In this document: piece by piece, positions 29,312-40,064 of the stretch
Layout: the number at the start of each line of letters is the position of its first letter
How positions within the stretch are numbered: the first letter of the stretch is position 1
Assembly: GCA_965222225.1 (NCBI GenBank)
Contig: CBDCTK010000002.1
Coordinates: 1,504,001-1,568,000, forward strand
DNA: 64,000 bases
Direction of reading: 5' to 3'
Source of the DNA: Candidatus Poribacteria bacterium
GTDB lineage: Bacteria > Poribacteria > WGA-4E > JAJDTR01
Program-made: the position numbers and the translations under genes
Notes under the pieces: model-generated
The model's input: only the letters and a program-made list of their open reading frames with translations
The model's database searches: none
Told to the model about the DNA's origin: nothing

Positions 29312-30037
29312 ATGAAAAACATCATCTCAATCTGCGGTAAAGAGTTATATACCTATTTCGTCTCGCCGATTGCCTACTTCGTTTTTTTCGTGTTTATAGC
29401 GGTTACCGGGTTCTTATTCAGTGCCATATTCTTCTATGAACACGAGATTGGCGGTTCAGCCATGGCAGTCATGCAGGTTGTGTTTGGCAATATCAGTATC
29501 ATCTTGCTGTTTTTTACGCCTGCGCTGACGATGAAACTGTTCGCAGAAGAGCGGAAATCCGGCACGATTGAATTGCTTCTTACCTCGCCGGTAACAGACA
29601 CCGAGGTCGTAGTTGGCAAATTCCTGGCGAGTTTGAGTTTGCTACTCATTATGCTTTTATTGACATTCCTTTTCCCAATCCTTATCCTCCCATTTGGCAA
29701 GCTTGACACCGGTCCAGTTTTGAGCGGCTACTTGGGGCTCTTGCTACTTGGATCTTGTTTTCTCTCGCTCGGGTTGCTGTTCTCTTCAATGAGCAAAAAC
29801 CAAGTGGTCTCTGCACTGACTAGCTTCGGGTTGTTACTCACGCTATGGGTTATTGGTTCCTTGTCGAATGGCGCCGGAAAGCTAGGCGAGATTTTAGCCT
29901 ACCTTTCTCTCACCGAGCATTTCGAGGATTTTGCCCGCGGTGTGGTATCACTCAAGCACGCTGTGTACTACCTCAGTTTCATCAGTGTCTGTCTGTTCGC
30001 CACGGTTAAGTCTGTTGAATCCTCAAAATGGAGGTAA
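29312..30037 (+). CDS. ABC permease, GldF-like
   Basis: KELYTYFVSPIAY, MKLFAEERKSGTIELLLTSP, NQVVS, HFEDFARGV. Confidence 0.9.
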   Translation: MKNIISICGKELYTYFVSPIAYFVFFVFIAVTGFLFSAIFFYEHEIGGSAMAVMQVVFGNISIILLFFTPALTMKLFAEERKSGTIELLLTSPVTDTEVVVGKFLASLSLLLIMLLLTFLFPILILPFGKLDTGPVLSGYLGLLLLGSCFLSLGLLFSSMSKNQVVSALTSFGLLLTLWVIGSLSNGAGKLGEILAYLSLTEHFEDFARGVVSLKHAVYYLSFISVCLFATVKSVESSKWR

Positions 30038-30277
30038 GAACCTGTTTGAAAAGTACATTTGTAGGATCAAGCGAGTGGATAACGAGCTATATGTAGGGTG
30101 CGCACTGCGCACCAGCCTTTGGGGTTGATTTCTTCTAGGATCAACTGAGCGAATAGCGAAGGCGATAGTAAATCTTGATAGAGATCCTACAGGTATGTAG
30201 CAGCCAACAATGAAAACATGAAAAAACTTTCTCAAATACCCAAAAATCGCTTTGTCACCTTTTTTTCAAACAGGCTC
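30038..30277. mobile_element. 240-bp MITE-like element with IS5-like ends carrying REP modules
   Basis: 15-bp TIRs GAACCTGTTTGAAAA (30038-30052) / TTTTCAAACAGGCTC (30263-30277), one mismatch; TAA on both sides. Confidence 0.8.
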
Positions 30278-30287
30278 TAAGGTTGCA

Positions 30288-31940
30288 ATGACATCCGAAG
30301 AAAAATCCCGGACGCGCGCGAACCTTGCCCCACTCCTCGGTTTCTTGACGCTCATCCTCCTGTTCGGTGCGCTCGCCAGTTATCTCCTTGCGGCTACCGG
30401 TGCTTTCTGGATTCTACTCCTGCTCGGTTTAGGGACTCTGATTGCCTTCGTTGCACTCAACGCGCAAATCGTTACGCTGTTTTTTGTCAGCCGACAGGCA
30501 CGTTACGGCGCAAATGTAGCGATTAGTATTATTGGGCTTGTTGGAATAATGGTCATCATCAACGTCATTGTCGGTCATAAGTTAGATTTGACAGCAGATT
30601 TGACAGCAGACAAACTTTATACCCTGTCGGATCAGACGAAGAAAATTCTGCGCGGCTTGGATCGCGAGGTCAAGGTACTTGCGTTCTTCAGCAACAATGC
30701 CGACAACCCGAGGATGCAAAATCAACTTGCGTTTGGCCGAGATGTGTTGGGCAGGTACGCGCGTGAAACGGACAAACTAGAGGTTGAGTTCATTGATCCG
30801 GAGGCAGATCCCCATACCAGTGAAATGTATGACATCCAGTTTGGCGGTACGGTGGTTTTTGAGAGTGGTCAAAAGCGAGAACAGGTGACCGCTGTTGACG
30901 AGCAAAAATTTACCAGCGCAATCATGAAGGTGGTACGCGACGAGATTAAGCGCGTCTATTTCCTGATAGGTCACGAGGAACGCGGAATTGACGCATTTGA
31001 TGCCGATGGCTATCAGCAAGCGAAAGAGGGGTTAGAAAAACAGAATTATGCCGTAGAGCCGCTAACGCTGACCACCGAGCCTGATGTCCCCGCTGACTGC
31101 AACGCCCTCGTAATTGCTGCTCCGAAAACCTCGCTTATATCCCACGAGGTCAAGGCAATCGCCAGATACCTCGAACGTAACGGCAAGCTGCTCTTGATGT
31201 TTGAGCCTTCAATACTCTCGGCGGAAGACCCGAATCAACAGTTGGTTGACTTGGTTGCTCAGTGGGGTGTCTCGGTTGGAAATGACTATGTTCTTGTATT
31301 CGATCCGCGTTTCTCGTACGTGTTTGTGGGACCCGAAGCACCATTCATTAGACAGTTAGAGTTTCATGAAGTCACACGGTATGTTCAGTCCGCGATCTTC
31401 CAAACAGCACGATCGGTAACGCCAAAAGACGTGAATAGAGCCAATCTCAACGTAAAATCGCTTGCCAAGACAATTGATACCGTTGGAGTATGTTGGGGCG
31501 AGACCGAGCGCGGGGAAGATGGGGTATTGCTACCGGAAGCGTCCTACACCGAAGGCGTTGATACGCCGCCGCCTTTGTCCCTCGCCGTTGCGGTCGAGCT
31601 GAAGGACGAAATCGAGGAGACAGAGGAAGGGGACTCGTCCGAGAAACCGGAGGATGCCAAATCCACCGAGATACGAACACGCATCGTTGTCCTTGGCGAT
31701 TCAGATTTTGCGTCAAACGCCTATTTTGCCAATTCTGGCGGCGGCGACCTTTTTCTGAATGCAATAAACTGGTTAACGCTTGAGGAAGACCTAATCGCTA
31801 TTCGCCCTATCGGCCCGAGTCAACAATCTCTCCGGCGCATGACCGCGAGCGAAGCGAGGCTTGTGCAAATGACTTCAATATTCCTGATTCCGATTGTCGT
31901 CTTCATTATTGGCGTCACGGTGTGGTGGCATCGCCGTTAG
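30288..31940 (+). CDS. GldG-family ABC auxiliary component
   Basis: DLTADKLYTLSDQT, VYFLIGHEE, LVIAAPK, IVVLGDSDF, FLNAINWL, C-terminal TM. Confidence 0.9.
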   Translation: MTSEEKSRTRANLAPLLGFLTLILLFGALASYLLAATGAFWILLLLGLGTLIAFVALNAQIVTLFFVSRQARYGANVAISIIGLVGIMVIINVIVGHKLDLTADLTADKLYTLSDQTKKILRGLDREVKVLAFFSNNADNPRMQNQLAFGRDVLGRYARETDKLEVEFIDPEADPHTSEMYDIQFGGTVVFESGQKREQVTAVDEQKFTSAIMKVVRDEIKRVYFLIGHEERGIDAFDADGYQQAKEGLEKQNYAVEPLTLTTEPDVPADCNALVIAAPKTSLISHEVKAIARYLERNGKLLLMFEPSILSAEDPNQQLVDLVAQWGVSVGNDYVLVFDPRFSYVFVGPEAPFIRQLEFHEVTRYVQSAIFQTARSVTPKDVNRANLNVKSLAKTIDTVGVCWGETERGEDGVLLPEASYTEGVDTPPPLSLAVAVELKDEIEETEEGDSSEKPEDAKSTEIRTRIVVLGDSDFASNAYFANSGGGDLFLNAINWLTLEEDLIAIRPIGPSQQSLRRMTASEARLVQMTSIFLIPIVVFIIGVTVWWHRR

Positions 31941-31974
31941 CTTTCTTCGCTTTCACTTAGCTCGACTTTGTGCA

Positions 31975-32346
31975 TTTGTAGTGCATTTGTAGGGTGCGAT
32001 CAACCGACTGATTAAGGAGGGCGATAGCTATATGTAGGGTGCGCACTGCGCACCAGCCTTTGGGGTTGATTTCTTGTAGGGAGCGATCAAAGGAATGAAT
32101 AATGACTGCGATAGCTATATGTAGGGTGCGATCAAACGAGTGGATAACGAGTGCGATAGAAATCCCCTGCGCACCAGCCTTTGGGGTTGATTTCTTGTAC
32201 GGTGCAATCAAAGGAATGAATAATGACTGCGATAGAAAATCCTGATAGAAATCCTGACAGGTGTATAGCAGGCGACCACAAAAGCATGAAAAAGCCGCGC
32301 CCAAAGTGACCGGAATTGCTTTGCCACCTATTATTCAAACAGGCTC
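31975..32346 (+). repeat. REP/GA-hairpin mosaic ending in a right MITE end
   Basis: Four hairpin modules, GTAG REP, subterminal region similar to 30186-30277, ends TTCAAACAGGCTC. Confidence 0.85.
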
Positions 32347-32364
32347 TTAACCCCTGATATCTTC

Positions 32365-34140
32365 ATGAACTTTCGAACAACCTTAATCATCTTCATTTTA
32401 TTCGCTCTCTCTGCAGGCGGCTACTTCCTGTTTTGGGATGGCGATACAGAGGAAAGTTCTGATTCAAATGAGCAACCAAGAATCAGCGAAATCTACGAAC
32501 TAAGCGTTGACACCGTGCAACGAATTCGGCTGTCGTTCAAAGATTCAGCCTACCGGCCTCTGTCCTTGGCAAAGGATGACAACGGCGAATGGCAGTTGAC
32601 GGATCCCGTCATAGCTTATGCGAATAGGAGCAAAGTGTCCGAGATGCTGGACGATCTCCTAAACAAACGGGTCAAACGTACGCTGGAGGTCAGTGGACTT
32701 TCCCGGTACGAACTAGATCCGCCGAACATCCGGATTGATTTGTGGAACGAAGGCGAGGCGCCAACCCAATCTTTCCTGATTGGCAATAAGACCGTCAACT
32801 ACTCGGTCTACGCCAAAGAAGCCTCGGAATCCCACATCTTCCTAATCGAATCCAGCGCGCTCCAGGATCTCACAAAATCGCCCGCTGACATCAGGACGCG
32901 CAACGCATTGAAGTTTGAACCGGAGGCGGTTAACGGAATCACGCTTGCGGTTGCTGGCGACGAGCCGATTCGCTGCCGCATGGAAGGTGAGGCGGAGTGG
33001 CGGATGGTGGCGCCTATTCAGGTCAAAGGCGATGCAAAAGAGATTCGCTCGGTTTTGGATGCGCTGCACCTGTTGAAAGTGGCGGAATTTACAAAAGACG
33101 GCGCCATCAATCTGGCAGAATACGGTCTTGAGGTACCGCGGATCCGCGTAACCCTCCAACTGGGGGGCGAATCGAAGGAATTGCTAGTCGGATCGGACAT
33201 CCTAAATGCAACGCGAATCTATGTTAAGCCCGGCGCGCGTGATGCCGTCTATGCGGTCAACAGGGAGATTTATGCTACTTTGAACAAGACGGTCTTCGAT
33301 CTCCGCGGCAAACGCGTCATCGACTTTCAGCGGACCGCAACCAATCGCTTCGAAATCCAAAGACAGGGGCAGGCAAAGATTGTCTGCGCGAAAGACTTGA
33401 AAGGTAATTGGCAGATTGAAGAACCGATTGCCCTGAAAGCAGACGCGGAAATTGTGGATGACATCCTTTTTGGCGTTGACTCACTCAAAGCGGTCGAATT
33501 TGTGGCGGAACAGCCGACAAGCCTAAGCCGTTACGGTCTAGATGCTCCGTCGCTTCAAGTCTCATTCTTCCCGCTAGACGCGGAGCCCGCCGTCTTACTG
33601 CTCGGGAAAATCAAAGGTGATAAGGTCTATGCGAAAGTCAAGAATGCCAAGCGTGTCCTCCTAGTGAAAAGCGACCTGCTAGAGCTTATCGGGTCGGGGA
33701 TTGCGGGGCTCCGCGATAAACAGGTTCTTCAATTTGAGAGTGATGACGCATTTAAACTCAGCTTACGACACGGTGACGTACAACTGACCTGTCAAAAGCA
33801 GGGGGTGAGCTGGCGGCTCGTTTCGCCTGTGCAGGAGGACGCGAACAATGGCGCCGTGAATAGCATGATTTATCGACTCGGTGGCTTGAAAGCCGATAAA
33901 TACTTGGCATCGGCGCCGGGCCTCAACGTCACACGCCTTAACAAACCGGAGGTGCAAGCCACTGTCACCTTAAATAATCTGAAGGAATTCACATTGCAAA
34001 TCGGGATGGCGAATGAACACGACCAACGCTACGCCCGTCTCCGCGCTACGCCGGATACGGTTTTTCTGCTTGAACCCTCGATCTCGGACGAACTCAGAAA
34101 AACCGTCGCCGACCTTCGCCAAGAAAGCAGTGGCTTGTAG
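32365..34140 (+). CDS. DUF4340 repeat protein (Gld-like ABC partner)
   Basis: N-terminal anchor, three W...P...A / YGL..P / LL.G / VY.K repeats. Confidence 0.85.
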   Translation: MNFRTTLIIFILFALSAGGYFLFWDGDTEESSDSNEQPRISEIYELSVDTVQRIRLSFKDSAYRPLSLAKDDNGEWQLTDPVIAYANRSKVSEMLDDLLNKRVKRTLEVSGLSRYELDPPNIRIDLWNEGEAPTQSFLIGNKTVNYSVYAKEASESHIFLIESSALQDLTKSPADIRTRNALKFEPEAVNGITLAVAGDEPIRCRMEGEAEWRMVAPIQVKGDAKEIRSVLDALHLLKVAEFTKDGAINLAEYGLEVPRIRVTLQLGGESKELLVGSDILNATRIYVKPGARDAVYAVNREIYATLNKTVFDLRGKRVIDFQRTATNRFEIQRQGQAKIVCAKDLKGNWQIEEPIALKADAEIVDDILFGVDSLKAVEFVAEQPTSLSRYGLDAPSLQVSFFPLDAEPAVLLLGKIKGDKVYAKVKNAKRVLLVKSDLLELIGSGIAGLRDKQVLQFESDDAFKLSLRHGDVQLTCQKQGVSWRLVSPVQEDANNGAVNSMIYRLGGLKADKYLASAPGLNVTRLNKPEVQATVTLNNLKEFTLQIGMANEHDQRYARLRATPDTVFLLEPSISDELRKTVADLRQESSGL

Positions 34141-34151
34141 CCAGTGGAAGT

Positions 34152-34465
34152 TTGTAGGATCAACCGAGTGGATAACGAGGGCGATAGTCTTGTAGTGAGC
34201 TATATGTAGGGTGCGATCAAAGGAATGAATAATGACTGCGATAGAAATCCCCTGCGCACCAGCCTTTGGGGTTGATTTCTTGTAGGATCAACCGAGTGGA
34301 TAACGAGGGCGATAGTCTTGTAGTGAGCTATATGTAGGGTGCGATCAAAGGAATGAATAATGACTGCGATCAAGCGACCGGATAGGGAGCGCGATAGTCT
34401 TGTAGGGAGCGATCAAGCGAGTGGATAACGAGGGCGATAGTCTTGTAGTGTGGGATCAAGGGAGT
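34152..34465 (+). repeat. REP/GA-hairpin mosaic with internal duplication
   Basis: Six hairpin modules; 34152-34245 repeated at 34280-34370. Confidence 0.9.
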
Positions 34466-34596
34466 CTAAGTAGGATGTCTCTACTCTTCACGCGTCGCGT
34501 TTTCTGATTTTCGACCTGGTTATTTAGCAGGACAATTCGTTGAACATCCGATCTTGGTGGTTTTACGCGTCATATATTACGCATCATATTCTTAAC

Positions 34597-34645
34597 TAAC
34601 CACTAACCACTAACCACTAACCACTAACCACTAGCCACTAGCCAC
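34597..34645 (+). repeat. Heptamer tandem repeat (TARCCAC)x7
   Basis: Five TAACCAC and two TAGCCAC, ending 12 nt before the ATG at 34658. Confidence 0.95.
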
Positions 34646-34657
34646 TGTTTTTTACCC

Positions 34658-35659
34658 ATGCCTGCAAATCTGCCGCCCGAATACTACAAACTTAAACACC
34701 AACTCGAAGCCGCCAAGACGGACGAGGAACGCCTATCGTTGCTTGAAGAGATGCTCCGCATTACGCCTAAGCACAAAGGCTCCGAGAAAGTGATTTCCGA
34801 TCTTCGGCGACGAATCGCCAAGCTGCGTAACGCCCCTGACAAAAAGGGCGCGACTAAACGACATAGCCACCTCATCCCCAAACAGGGCGCGGGACAAATC
34901 ATACTACTTGGGGCACCGAACGTCGGAAAATCCCGGTTTCTAGCGAGTTGCACCAACGCCAAACCCGATATATCGCGCACTCCTTTCACTACACGTGAAC
35001 CGGCAGTCGGCATGTTAAACTACGAGAATATCCAGTTTCAAATCATTGATACGCCACCGGTGACTGCCGACTTCGTACAACCCGAAATCCTCGATCTCGC
35101 CAGAAATTCAGACATACTACTGATTATTGTCAACCTCGGTGGCGACGACGTGTTGGACGAGGTTGGGGTCGTGACATCCAAACTAAAAGCCGCCAAAATT
35201 GTGATTGCCCGGGAGGTCCATGACGACGGAGTAGACGAGAACAGTTCCTCTACCGAGAGCAGTTCAAGCAAACCGGCTCTAATTGTTGCGAACCAAATAG
35301 ACGTCCCAAACGCCTCTGACCGGCTGGAAATTCTGAGTGAATTTTATGGCGAAACCTTTGAGATTTATCCTCTGTCTGCCGCCACTGGCGAAGGACGCGA
35401 GCACTTGGAGAAAGCAATCTACGACAAACTGGAAATCCTGCGAGTGTACACCAAATCCCCCGGAAAACGCGTCGATCGCGACGATCCGATTGTGCTGCCG
35501 ATGGGCAGCACGGTAATAGATGCCGCCATGAGGCTGCATCGTGACTTCGCCGCGAACCTGAAGTTCGCCCGTGTCTGGGGTGTCAACTGGCACGATGGAC
35601 AATCCGTTAGTCGTGATGACCACGTCCACGATGGCGACATCTTGGAATTCCACATATAG
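34658..35659 (+). CDS. DRG/OBG-like GTP-binding protein with TGS domain
   Basis: MPANLPPEY, PKHKG, GAPNVGKS, FTT, IIDTP, NQID, SA, RVYTK..LHRDF..ARVWG. Confidence 0.9.
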   Translation: MPANLPPEYYKLKHQLEAAKTDEERLSLLEEMLRITPKHKGSEKVISDLRRRIAKLRNAPDKKGATKRHSHLIPKQGAGQIILLGAPNVGKSRFLASCTNAKPDISRTPFTTREPAVGMLNYENIQFQIIDTPPVTADFVQPEILDLARNSDILLIIVNLGGDDVLDEVGVVTSKLKAAKIVIAREVHDDGVDENSSSTESSSSKPALIVANQIDVPNASDRLEILSEFYGETFEIYPLSAATGEGREHLEKAIYDKLEILRVYTKSPGKRVDRDDPIVLPMGSTVIDAAMRLHRDFAANLKFARVWGVNWHDGQSVSRDDHVHDGDILEFHI

Positions 35660-35678
35660 TTCCGCTTTCGGGTGACCT

Positions 35679-37259
35679 ATGAAAAGATCCTCGCCATTCC
35701 TGATCTGCTCTCTGATTATTCACGTCGGCGCCCTCTTACTGGCGATGTTGCTCTGGGTTGAACCACTTCAACCTCCACTACTTCCGCCCGAGTTTGATGT
35801 TGAATTTTTCCGATTCGTCTGGCCCAAGACCCTGCCGCGCGAACCAATAAAGACTCCAGTCGAACAGCCGCCCGAACCCTTAGTTCAAGCGGTACCACCT
35901 TCCCCGTCAAAGCCAAAACCCGCCGTAAATATGGATTGGAGGGTAACCGAAACAGTCCCATCGGGCGAACGCGATGCAATGCCCGCTAAACCGAACGAGC
36001 CATCCATCGCGGAAACTATTACCGGCACTCCGCACGGCACCCCATCCGCCCGCGACAAACTCCAATCGGAAGGCATCCAGGCAGTTAACCTGCCCCAAAT
36101 CGACCACGGGAACACGTCCGACATTCACGTCGAGCGTTCAAACGTTGTTGTTGCAGGTGTCGAGAAAGAACTCGATGCGGATTCGCCGGATATCGAACTC
36201 GACGAATTGAAATACTGGCATCGCCGCGGCGGCGCCATTGGCGGGACATCGATGGGCAACTCATCCGCCGGTGGTGGCGGCGGAATGGTGGCAACCGGAA
36301 CACCGATACATCTCGACATGATGAACGCCATCGGGCGCGATATCGCCGAGGCAGCCACAACGCGCCAAGTCGATCTCGTATTTGTCATTGACAAAACCGG
36401 CAGTATGAGGGACAATGTGCGTGGTATCCGCGCCTATGTCGACACTATCTTCGATCGACTAACGCGGGCGGGACACGACACTGCCGTCGGCCTCGTGACC
36501 TTCGGCGAGGTTAAAATCTAGAAGTTAAAGGCGCGCGGCGTTACTACCGACCACGGGGCGTTCAAAAACTGGCTGCACAAGGTCAAGATTGAGGGCGGCG
36601 GGGATTTCGCTGAATCGTCCCTTGACGCCCTCGTCACCGCGCAAACCAAATTGAAGTTCAGACGCGGTGCCCAGCGATTCTTCGTCCTCGCAAGCGACGG
36701 TCCTTTCCACGATGCGGATTACGACGGCAAATCAAGGCATTGCCTTGACGATGTCATCGCCTCCCTGCAGCGCGAAGAGATTCGGGTTGATGTCATCGGA
36801 ATCGACTATCTCCCGGTGAAACAGTTGGCGTGGGGGACAGGCGGTAAATGGCGCAAAATCCCCGGCAGGGGAGTTGGAGAGTACACAATCCCGATAACGC
36901 TGACTGCCAAAATGCTTTCTGCGTTTGGTGCGCTCAACTTCAAGGACAATTCGCTAAATGATGAACTCATCGTGCAAATCCCCCGCAATTCGCGTCCTAA
37001 ACGGATCGCAGTCACCTTGAAGGTGCTCAATCCGCTGGGCGAACGATGCTACGGTCCCGTTACGGATCGCCTTGATACCATTAATGAAAAGCAAACGGTC
37101 GTTAGATTAAACCCGGTAATCGACACTGCCGAAATTCGGAGGTTGAAGGGAACCTACACCGTCATTTACCGCCTTGAAAACGACCTTGGTCACCGCAGCA
37201 TTCTACGTCGCACCTTCGATTGGGCGCCGCTGGAAATCGTTGAAGGAAAAACCGAATGA
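35679..37259 (+). pseudogene. Membrane-anchored VWA-domain protein interrupted by one in-frame TAG
   Basis: MIDAS DKTGSM; TAG 36519-36521; same frame continues KLKARGVTTD..EGGGDFAESSLDAL..KFRRGAQRFFVLASDGPFH to 37259. Confidence 0.8.
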
Positions 37260-39508
37260 CATCCAAGATTTGCATCCTTCCCCACATCCTAACGCTGTTG
37301 CTGTTCACCGTTTTGCCGGTCAATGCCCAAGAGCAAACGCAAAGCCGGGAGGATTGCGCCGCAATTGAAAACGCTCACCGCCTCTACTATTCGCGTCAAT
37401 ACCTAGAGGCAATCGAAGCCTATCAAACGATTCTCAAAACCGTGTTATCGAAGGCGACCAAGGCTGAAATCCGTATGAACATGGGACAATGCTACGCCAA
37501 ACGCGGCGGCGACGCCTTGGCTATTCAGACGTTCCAAGCGGTGATCGAGGACGACCCAAACGGATCGTACGCCACTCAGGCGACTCACCAGATTGGGAAT
37601 CTCTTTGTCCGGCGGTATCAGTACAAGGAAGCCATCCTCGCCTGCAAAAAACTGGCAGAGTCGTATCCCGAAACGCGAACCTCCGCGCTTGCCGAATACC
37701 TGATCGCCACATATTTCTATGCGCAGGGAAAGCGGGAACTCGCGACAGAAGGCTATCTTCGTTTTCTTGAGGATTACCCGGCTGCGCCGTATTCAATTAG
37801 CGCAATCTATAATCTAATCGTACTCTACACCGAAGCCAAGAAATACGCCGACGCCGAAGCCTTGATTCGAAATCAACTCCGCAAAAACCCCAAAGATACC
37901 GATATGATGGAGAAGCTGGGCGACCTGTATAAGACTCAAGGCAAACACGAGGATGCGTTGAACCTCTACACCGCCGCGCTGGCGCACGCGCCGGAGGACA
38001 TCAGCCTTCGCGAGAAACTTGGAGGCCTGTACGCGGAGAAGGGGCAACTTGAACGGGCGATCGAGGAATGGACGCGGATCATTGAGAACAATCCGGCGGG
38101 TGCAAATCGGTATCGGCAAGCCGCTGAAATCTACACGGCGCATCGGATGTATGACAAGGCGATCGAATCTTATAAACAGGCAATCAAACTCGACCCGCAC
38201 AGTGCCTACCTGTGTGCGCAACTCGCCGGCGTTTATAAGATTCAAGGCAAAATCAATCTCGTGGTCGGGACGTGCCTCGAAGGGCTGCGGAAAGTGGAAA
38301 TCGGCTATCACGGAAGGGAAATTCTCATTGAAGAGATTGCCGATATCTACGAGGGTGAGCAACGGGAGCGTCTGCTTGAGAAGGTCATCGCGCAAGTAAA
38401 GGACTACGTGACTAGAGATCCGCGGAATCCGAAATTCGTCCTCGCGCTGGCGGAACTCTATTTCTATCACAACCGCTACAATCTCGCGCTTGAGCAGTTC
38501 CGCCGGTTGCCGCAACTGTACGCCGTTGATAGAGGTACTATCCTCCAAAAATATGCCATTCTGCTTCAACGAGCAGAACACCCCGCCGCCGCGGAGTTTT
38601 TTCGGGCAATTATCGACATCTTTCCGGCGTCCGGGGTTGCCCGCAATTCACGGATAAGACTCGCGCGTCTTTATGAGCGCGCGGGGCAGCCGCGTGAGGC
38701 TATCGACGTCTTGACGAACATGAAAGGAGTACACTTGGACGCGGAGGCGCGCTCCCTGGTGGCGCACCTCTGGTTGCACGGAGTCCACGACGTTGACGCC
38801 GCGATGCCCATCTATCAAGCCTTGGCGAATCAGCCGCTGCCGGCAGCGGGCAGGACGGAAGCCCAACTCGGCGTCGCCGAGTGCTACCTCTTGCAGGGTG
38901 AATACGACCTCGCCCGTGAGAGCCTTGAGCGAATTGTTGGCGGCCGAGTGCATCTGAGGCCCGCGGCGCAAAAATTCATCGGCGACTCCTATCTGTTTCA
39001 AGGCGATTTCGAGAAAGCCACTGCCGAATATAAGAAGGTGCTCGACCTCTCGCCGTCCGATGAGTCGAGCAACGATGCGCTGGATCGGATGATTCTCATC
39101 CAGTCGAATTCCGATTATGTGAATGTCCCGCTGGATGGTTACGTGCGCGGACTAAAAGCAAACTTGAACGGCAAGCTGGAAGAGGCACTGCGGATATGTC
39201 GCGAAACAATCGAGGCATTTCCCGAAGCCTTGATTGTTGACGACACGTGGCTGTTAATGGGCGACATTCACAAAAGCCAAGACAGGTACGGCGACGCCAT
39301 CGCGGCGTACGAGAAGGTCGTCGCCGAGGGTAGCCTCACCGCCGCCGAGGGACTGAACGAGATTGCCGTGGTCTATCACCGGGGTTTGCGGGACACAAAA
39401 AAAGCGTTGCAAACCTACCGCCAGCTCGTCCGAGATTATCCCGAAAGCGTCATTGTCCCCTACGCACGCCAACAAGTGGACGCCCTAGCCAAGCTTCAAC
39501 CAAACTAG
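37256..39508 (+). CDS. Secreted tetratricopeptide-repeat protein
   Basis: Signal peptide, many TPR units, ATGA overlap with upstream gene. Confidence 0.92.
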   Translation: MTSKICILPHILTLLLFTVLPVNAQEQTQSREDCAAIENAHRLYYSRQYLEAIEAYQTILKTVLSKATKAEIRMNMGQCYAKRGGDALAIQTFQAVIEDDPNGSYATQATHQIGNLFVRRYQYKEAILACKKLAESYPETRTSALAEYLIATYFYAQGKRELATEGYLRFLEDYPAAPYSISAIYNLIVLYTEAKKYADAEALIRNQLRKNPKDTDMMEKLGDLYKTQGKHEDALNLYTAALAHAPEDISLREKLGGLYAEKGQLERAIEEWTRIIENNPAGANRYRQAAEIYTAHRMYDKAIESYKQAIKLDPHSAYLCAQLAGVYKIQGKINLVVGTCLEGLRKVEIGYHGREILIEEIADIYEGEQRERLLEKVIAQVKDYVTRDPRNPKFVLALAELYFYHNRYNLALEQFRRLPQLYAVDRGTILQKYAILLQRAEHPAAAEFFRAIIDIFPASGVARNSRIRLARLYERAGQPREAIDVLTNMKGVHLDAEARSLVAHLWLHGVHDVDAAMPIYQALANQPLPAAGRTEAQLGVAECYLLQGEYDLARESLERIVGGRVHLRPAAQKFIGDSYLFQGDFEKATAEYKKVLDLSPSDESSNDALDRMILIQSNSDYVNVPLDGYVRGLKANLNGKLEEALRICRETIEAFPEALIVDDTWLLMGDIHKSQDRYGDAIAAYEKVVAEGSLTAAEGLNEIAVVYHRGLRDTKKALQTYRQLVRDYPESVIVPYARQQVDALAKLQPN

Positions 39509-39517
39509 CGAGACACC

Positions 39518-40002
39518 CCGTAGGGTGGGATCAAACGACCAGCTTCTTTCCGCGTTTCTGAACTATATGTAGGGATCAACTGAGTGGATAACGAAGGCGA
39601 TAGTCTTGTAGTGTGCGATCAAGGAAGCGAATAGCGACCGATCAAGGAAGCGAATAGCGACCGATCAAGGAAGCGAATAGCGACCGCGATAGAGATCTTC
39701 TAGGGAGCGATCAAAGGAATGAATAATGACTGCGATAGCTATATGTAGGGTGCGCACTGCGCACCAGCCTTTGGGGTTGATTTCTTGTAGCGATCAAGGG
39801 AATGGATAATGACCACGATAGAACTCCCATAGAAATCCCCTGCCCACCATTCCTTGCTACTTGCTTAACAGCGACTTAATCGTAGGATTGGCTATTATGG
39901 CTACACCAAGGAATCTACATTTCACTTACTCTGCGTCCGCTGAATTTCGTCCGAAAATCAGAAATGCGTTCGGAAATCATGGTGGGCAGTGCCCACCCTA
40001 CA
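39518..40002. repeat. REP/GA-hairpin mosaic with inverted REP
   Basis: Six hairpin modules incl. a triplication at 39617-39691; inverted GGTGGGCAGTGCCCACCCTAC near 39981-40001. Confidence 0.85.
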
Positions 40003-40064
40003 ACTCTCTCGCATCACGCTTTCAACCAATCACTCACCTCAAAAAACCGGAGCCTTTCTCCCTC

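Noticed and set aside
23163-32346. 9-kb composite transposon bounded by TTA
   Set aside because: TTA/TAA appears to be the preferred target, and the span cuts through two coherent operons
36519-36521. Pyrrolysine or recoded TAG
   Set aside because: TAG terminates many genes here; no pyl genes; single case
39861-40064. N-terminal extensions in the ORF track (also 48777, 30252, 27296, 53465)
   Set aside because: They run through repeats, promoters or upstream genes; downstream ATGs fit better
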